This document shows positions 38,600 through 40,820 of a stretch of 40,820 nucleotides of DNA, piece after piece; positions within the stretch are counted from its first letter, which is position 1, and each line of letters begins with the position of its first letter. The stretch is from Catajapyx aquilonaris (Eukaryota): NCBI GenBank assembly GCA_000934665.2, contig KZ538916.1, positions 1-40,820 on the forward strand. Reading direction: 5' to 3'. Position numbers and translations under genes: made by a program. The notes beneath the pieces are model-generated. The model was given only the letters and a program-made list of their open reading frames with translations. It made no database searches and was not told the DNA's origin.

Positions 38600-38685
38600 A
38601 ATATCGATATCATTCGATATGTTCAATAAATATCGATAACATTCGATATGCTCCATTAATATCGATAACATTCGATATATCGAAA
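38600..38685. repeat. 29-bp tandem repeat (3 copies), each containing TATCGATA
   Basis: The unit is about AATATCGATAACATTCGATATGYTCMATW, with TATCGATA at 38602-38609, 38631-38638 and 38660-38667. It is preceded by (AATTC)3 at 38581-38595. Confidence 0.85.
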
Positions 38686-40820
38686 TGCATCATCTGAATG
38701 TTTCCTTACTAATATTTCATTTTTTTTTTGGCAACAACATTGACAATATAAGCTCTTCAGACATTTTCGCAGAGCTGGGAGGGAAATCGGCGCAACTTTT
38801 GAACACTATAACCCCCCATCACCCCTCCCAGAACTTTGATATTCTGTCCTATGTCCCCTGTCTGCTTGGGGCTCCCGGAGCGTGCGAAGCGATTCTCCCT
38901 GCCTATCCCTCTTAATTTGACATGTGATGCAGATTAAAGATCTCGCCGGTTCTCACGCCAGATATTCGTTTTATACGCTGGGCTTCATCTATTGATTTTG
39001 CAATGCTGCATTGTCTACGGGAAAGAAGACTGCGTGGGGGGTGGAGTAGGTGGAGAGGCTGGAGGGCAGCACAGGACATTGTCGCGTCTGATCACAACCC
39101 AGCGCAGACTGACACCTCTGCAGTGTTGAAACAGTTCATGATAACATATCCCCCGAAAAAAAAACGGGAGATTGGGGGAAAATACAGTCAGCACATTCCA
39201 AAAAAAAAAACACTATCATAAAAATGTTGTGTACAAATGCGATATATGACTGAATTATTTTGTTTAATTTTTCACATACATGTTTATAAAAATTAATAAC
39301 TAGCACAGTTGTGTCCTACATGTACTATAGGAATAGGTTTTAATACGCTCCAACTGCTCAACACAACACCTTAAAACACCATTTCCAAAAACGCTTTAGA
39401 AAGAATCCTCCAAGGTATATCTGGAGAAAACACAGCTATTTCGCAAAAAAGGCGCCTCAAAATGCAGGTCCACAAGAGACTAGGGGATGTAAATAAAAGC
39501 CGGCTAGTCCTTCTGCATGATCAAGTAGGCAACTAGCTTTTCCCCAGTCTCCCTCATTCCCACAGAAAGGGCCTTTTACACTCCCAGAGCTCTGTATCAG
39601 GAGGGAGAGACACAGAGGTCGGGGAAGTCCCCCCAGAAATTTCTGTATACGGTAAGCAACTACGCGTAATAATAGATGATATTGCTTAAGCATGTGTTAA
39701 TTTTACAGCTGTTATGCTAATTTTGGGGGGCTCCGGCAACTTGCCCTCGGGAGTAGTTGGCATTTCCCCCCCTTCAACCCTTGGTCTCTCCCACATATAA
39801 CCCATCAAAGCAACAACACCCAGCATGTCCTCCCCCCCCTCTTTTTATCCGACCCACCGAAAAGCTCTATCTCACCACACTAAACTCGTTGTGCTGGGGA
39901 GGGACCAACTTTCCTACCCTTGTCCATTTACACCCACCAGGCTTTTCATTGCTTTATTTTCTGTTATTGCCCGCCCAGGTCCACTTTGCTTGTTGGGAGC
40001 CGCCAAATTCTGATATGGCTTGGCTTTGCACAAGAAGAAGTCTCGTTACTAAACTGTGGATGCGAGTCAATTTGAGGGGTTTTTGGGGTGAACTGGGCCT
40101 GAAAATCAAGCCTGGGGACCTCTGGGTGGCAAAATTGTTGGAACACCCACACACACACACATCCACACACACGCCGCATTACTGTACTGATGCCAAACTC
40201 TGCTAATAGGATTACTTATACCGCCATTTCATTCCTGAAATTGTTATTTGCTGCGCGGTATTGGAATGCAAGTGTTATGGACCATATTTTTGCGGGGGAG
40301 GGTTAATACGCATCTGCAACATTTGCCACGTTCTGGTTTTAAGTGCGCGGCATAATCAAGTGAAGGCTTGGATGGCGTTTTGGCGTTTCATGTCGTATAT
40401 GGAGGGGGGGGGGGGGACTAGGAAAATCCTCAAATATTAATGGCAGTAAAAATTAGCCAATGGCGATAAATAATTCTCCGAGTGTTATCAGTTATTGGCA
40501 CATTATCAAATCGCCTGATGATAAATCACATACATGTTCAGTTCACCACCTGTAATTGTTGGCAGCTTGGATGTATAAATAAATAAATAATAGTCTGAAA
40601 TTATTGCTAGCTAATATTTGAATTTTTCTGCCCCAATAGCATTGAGTGTTTATAAATCAATAATTCATAATATACAACAATGCACCAAAAATTTAGCGGC
40701 TGGAACAATGCGAAACCCGATGTCTGTGCCCTGTTCACAAAAATAGCCGGCCACAAAAATAGCAGCCCCCCCGATAGACAATGGCAGTCATTTACAACCC
40801 AAAGTTGTTCCGACTGCAGA

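Noticed and set aside
17780..39565. About eight Su(H)/CSL-type YGTGRGAA sites
   Set aside because: They are dispersed, unpaired, and close to the roughly five expected by chance.

Overview
This 40.8 kb window looks like non-coding eukaryotic DNA, probably an invertebrate animal intergenic or large-intron region from a draft assembly with 7 N-gaps. I recognise no protein-coding exon, rRNA, tRNA or CRISPR array. The ORF track appears to be chance ORFs, often extended by homopolymer runs. The supportable structure is small non-autonomous transposons and repeats. The best signal is a nested cluster at 8015-8643. A degenerate ~55-bp repeat array with (TTTA)n tails is interrupted, without a target-site duplication, by a 324-bp minus-strand Helitron-like element (TC...hairpin-CTAG, 8112-8435). 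That element carries five tandem RFX X-box-like motifs and is itself interrupted by a 92-bp Tc1/mariner-type fold-back MITE. Other elements are a related 216-bp mariner-type MITE (6580-6795), a GTAC-rich fold-back element (13172-13366), a minisatellite plus (TTAGG)n element (~20531-20722), a TATCGATA-containing 29-bp tandem repeat (38600-38685), and many poly-G/poly-C tracts, with one beside every assembly gap.
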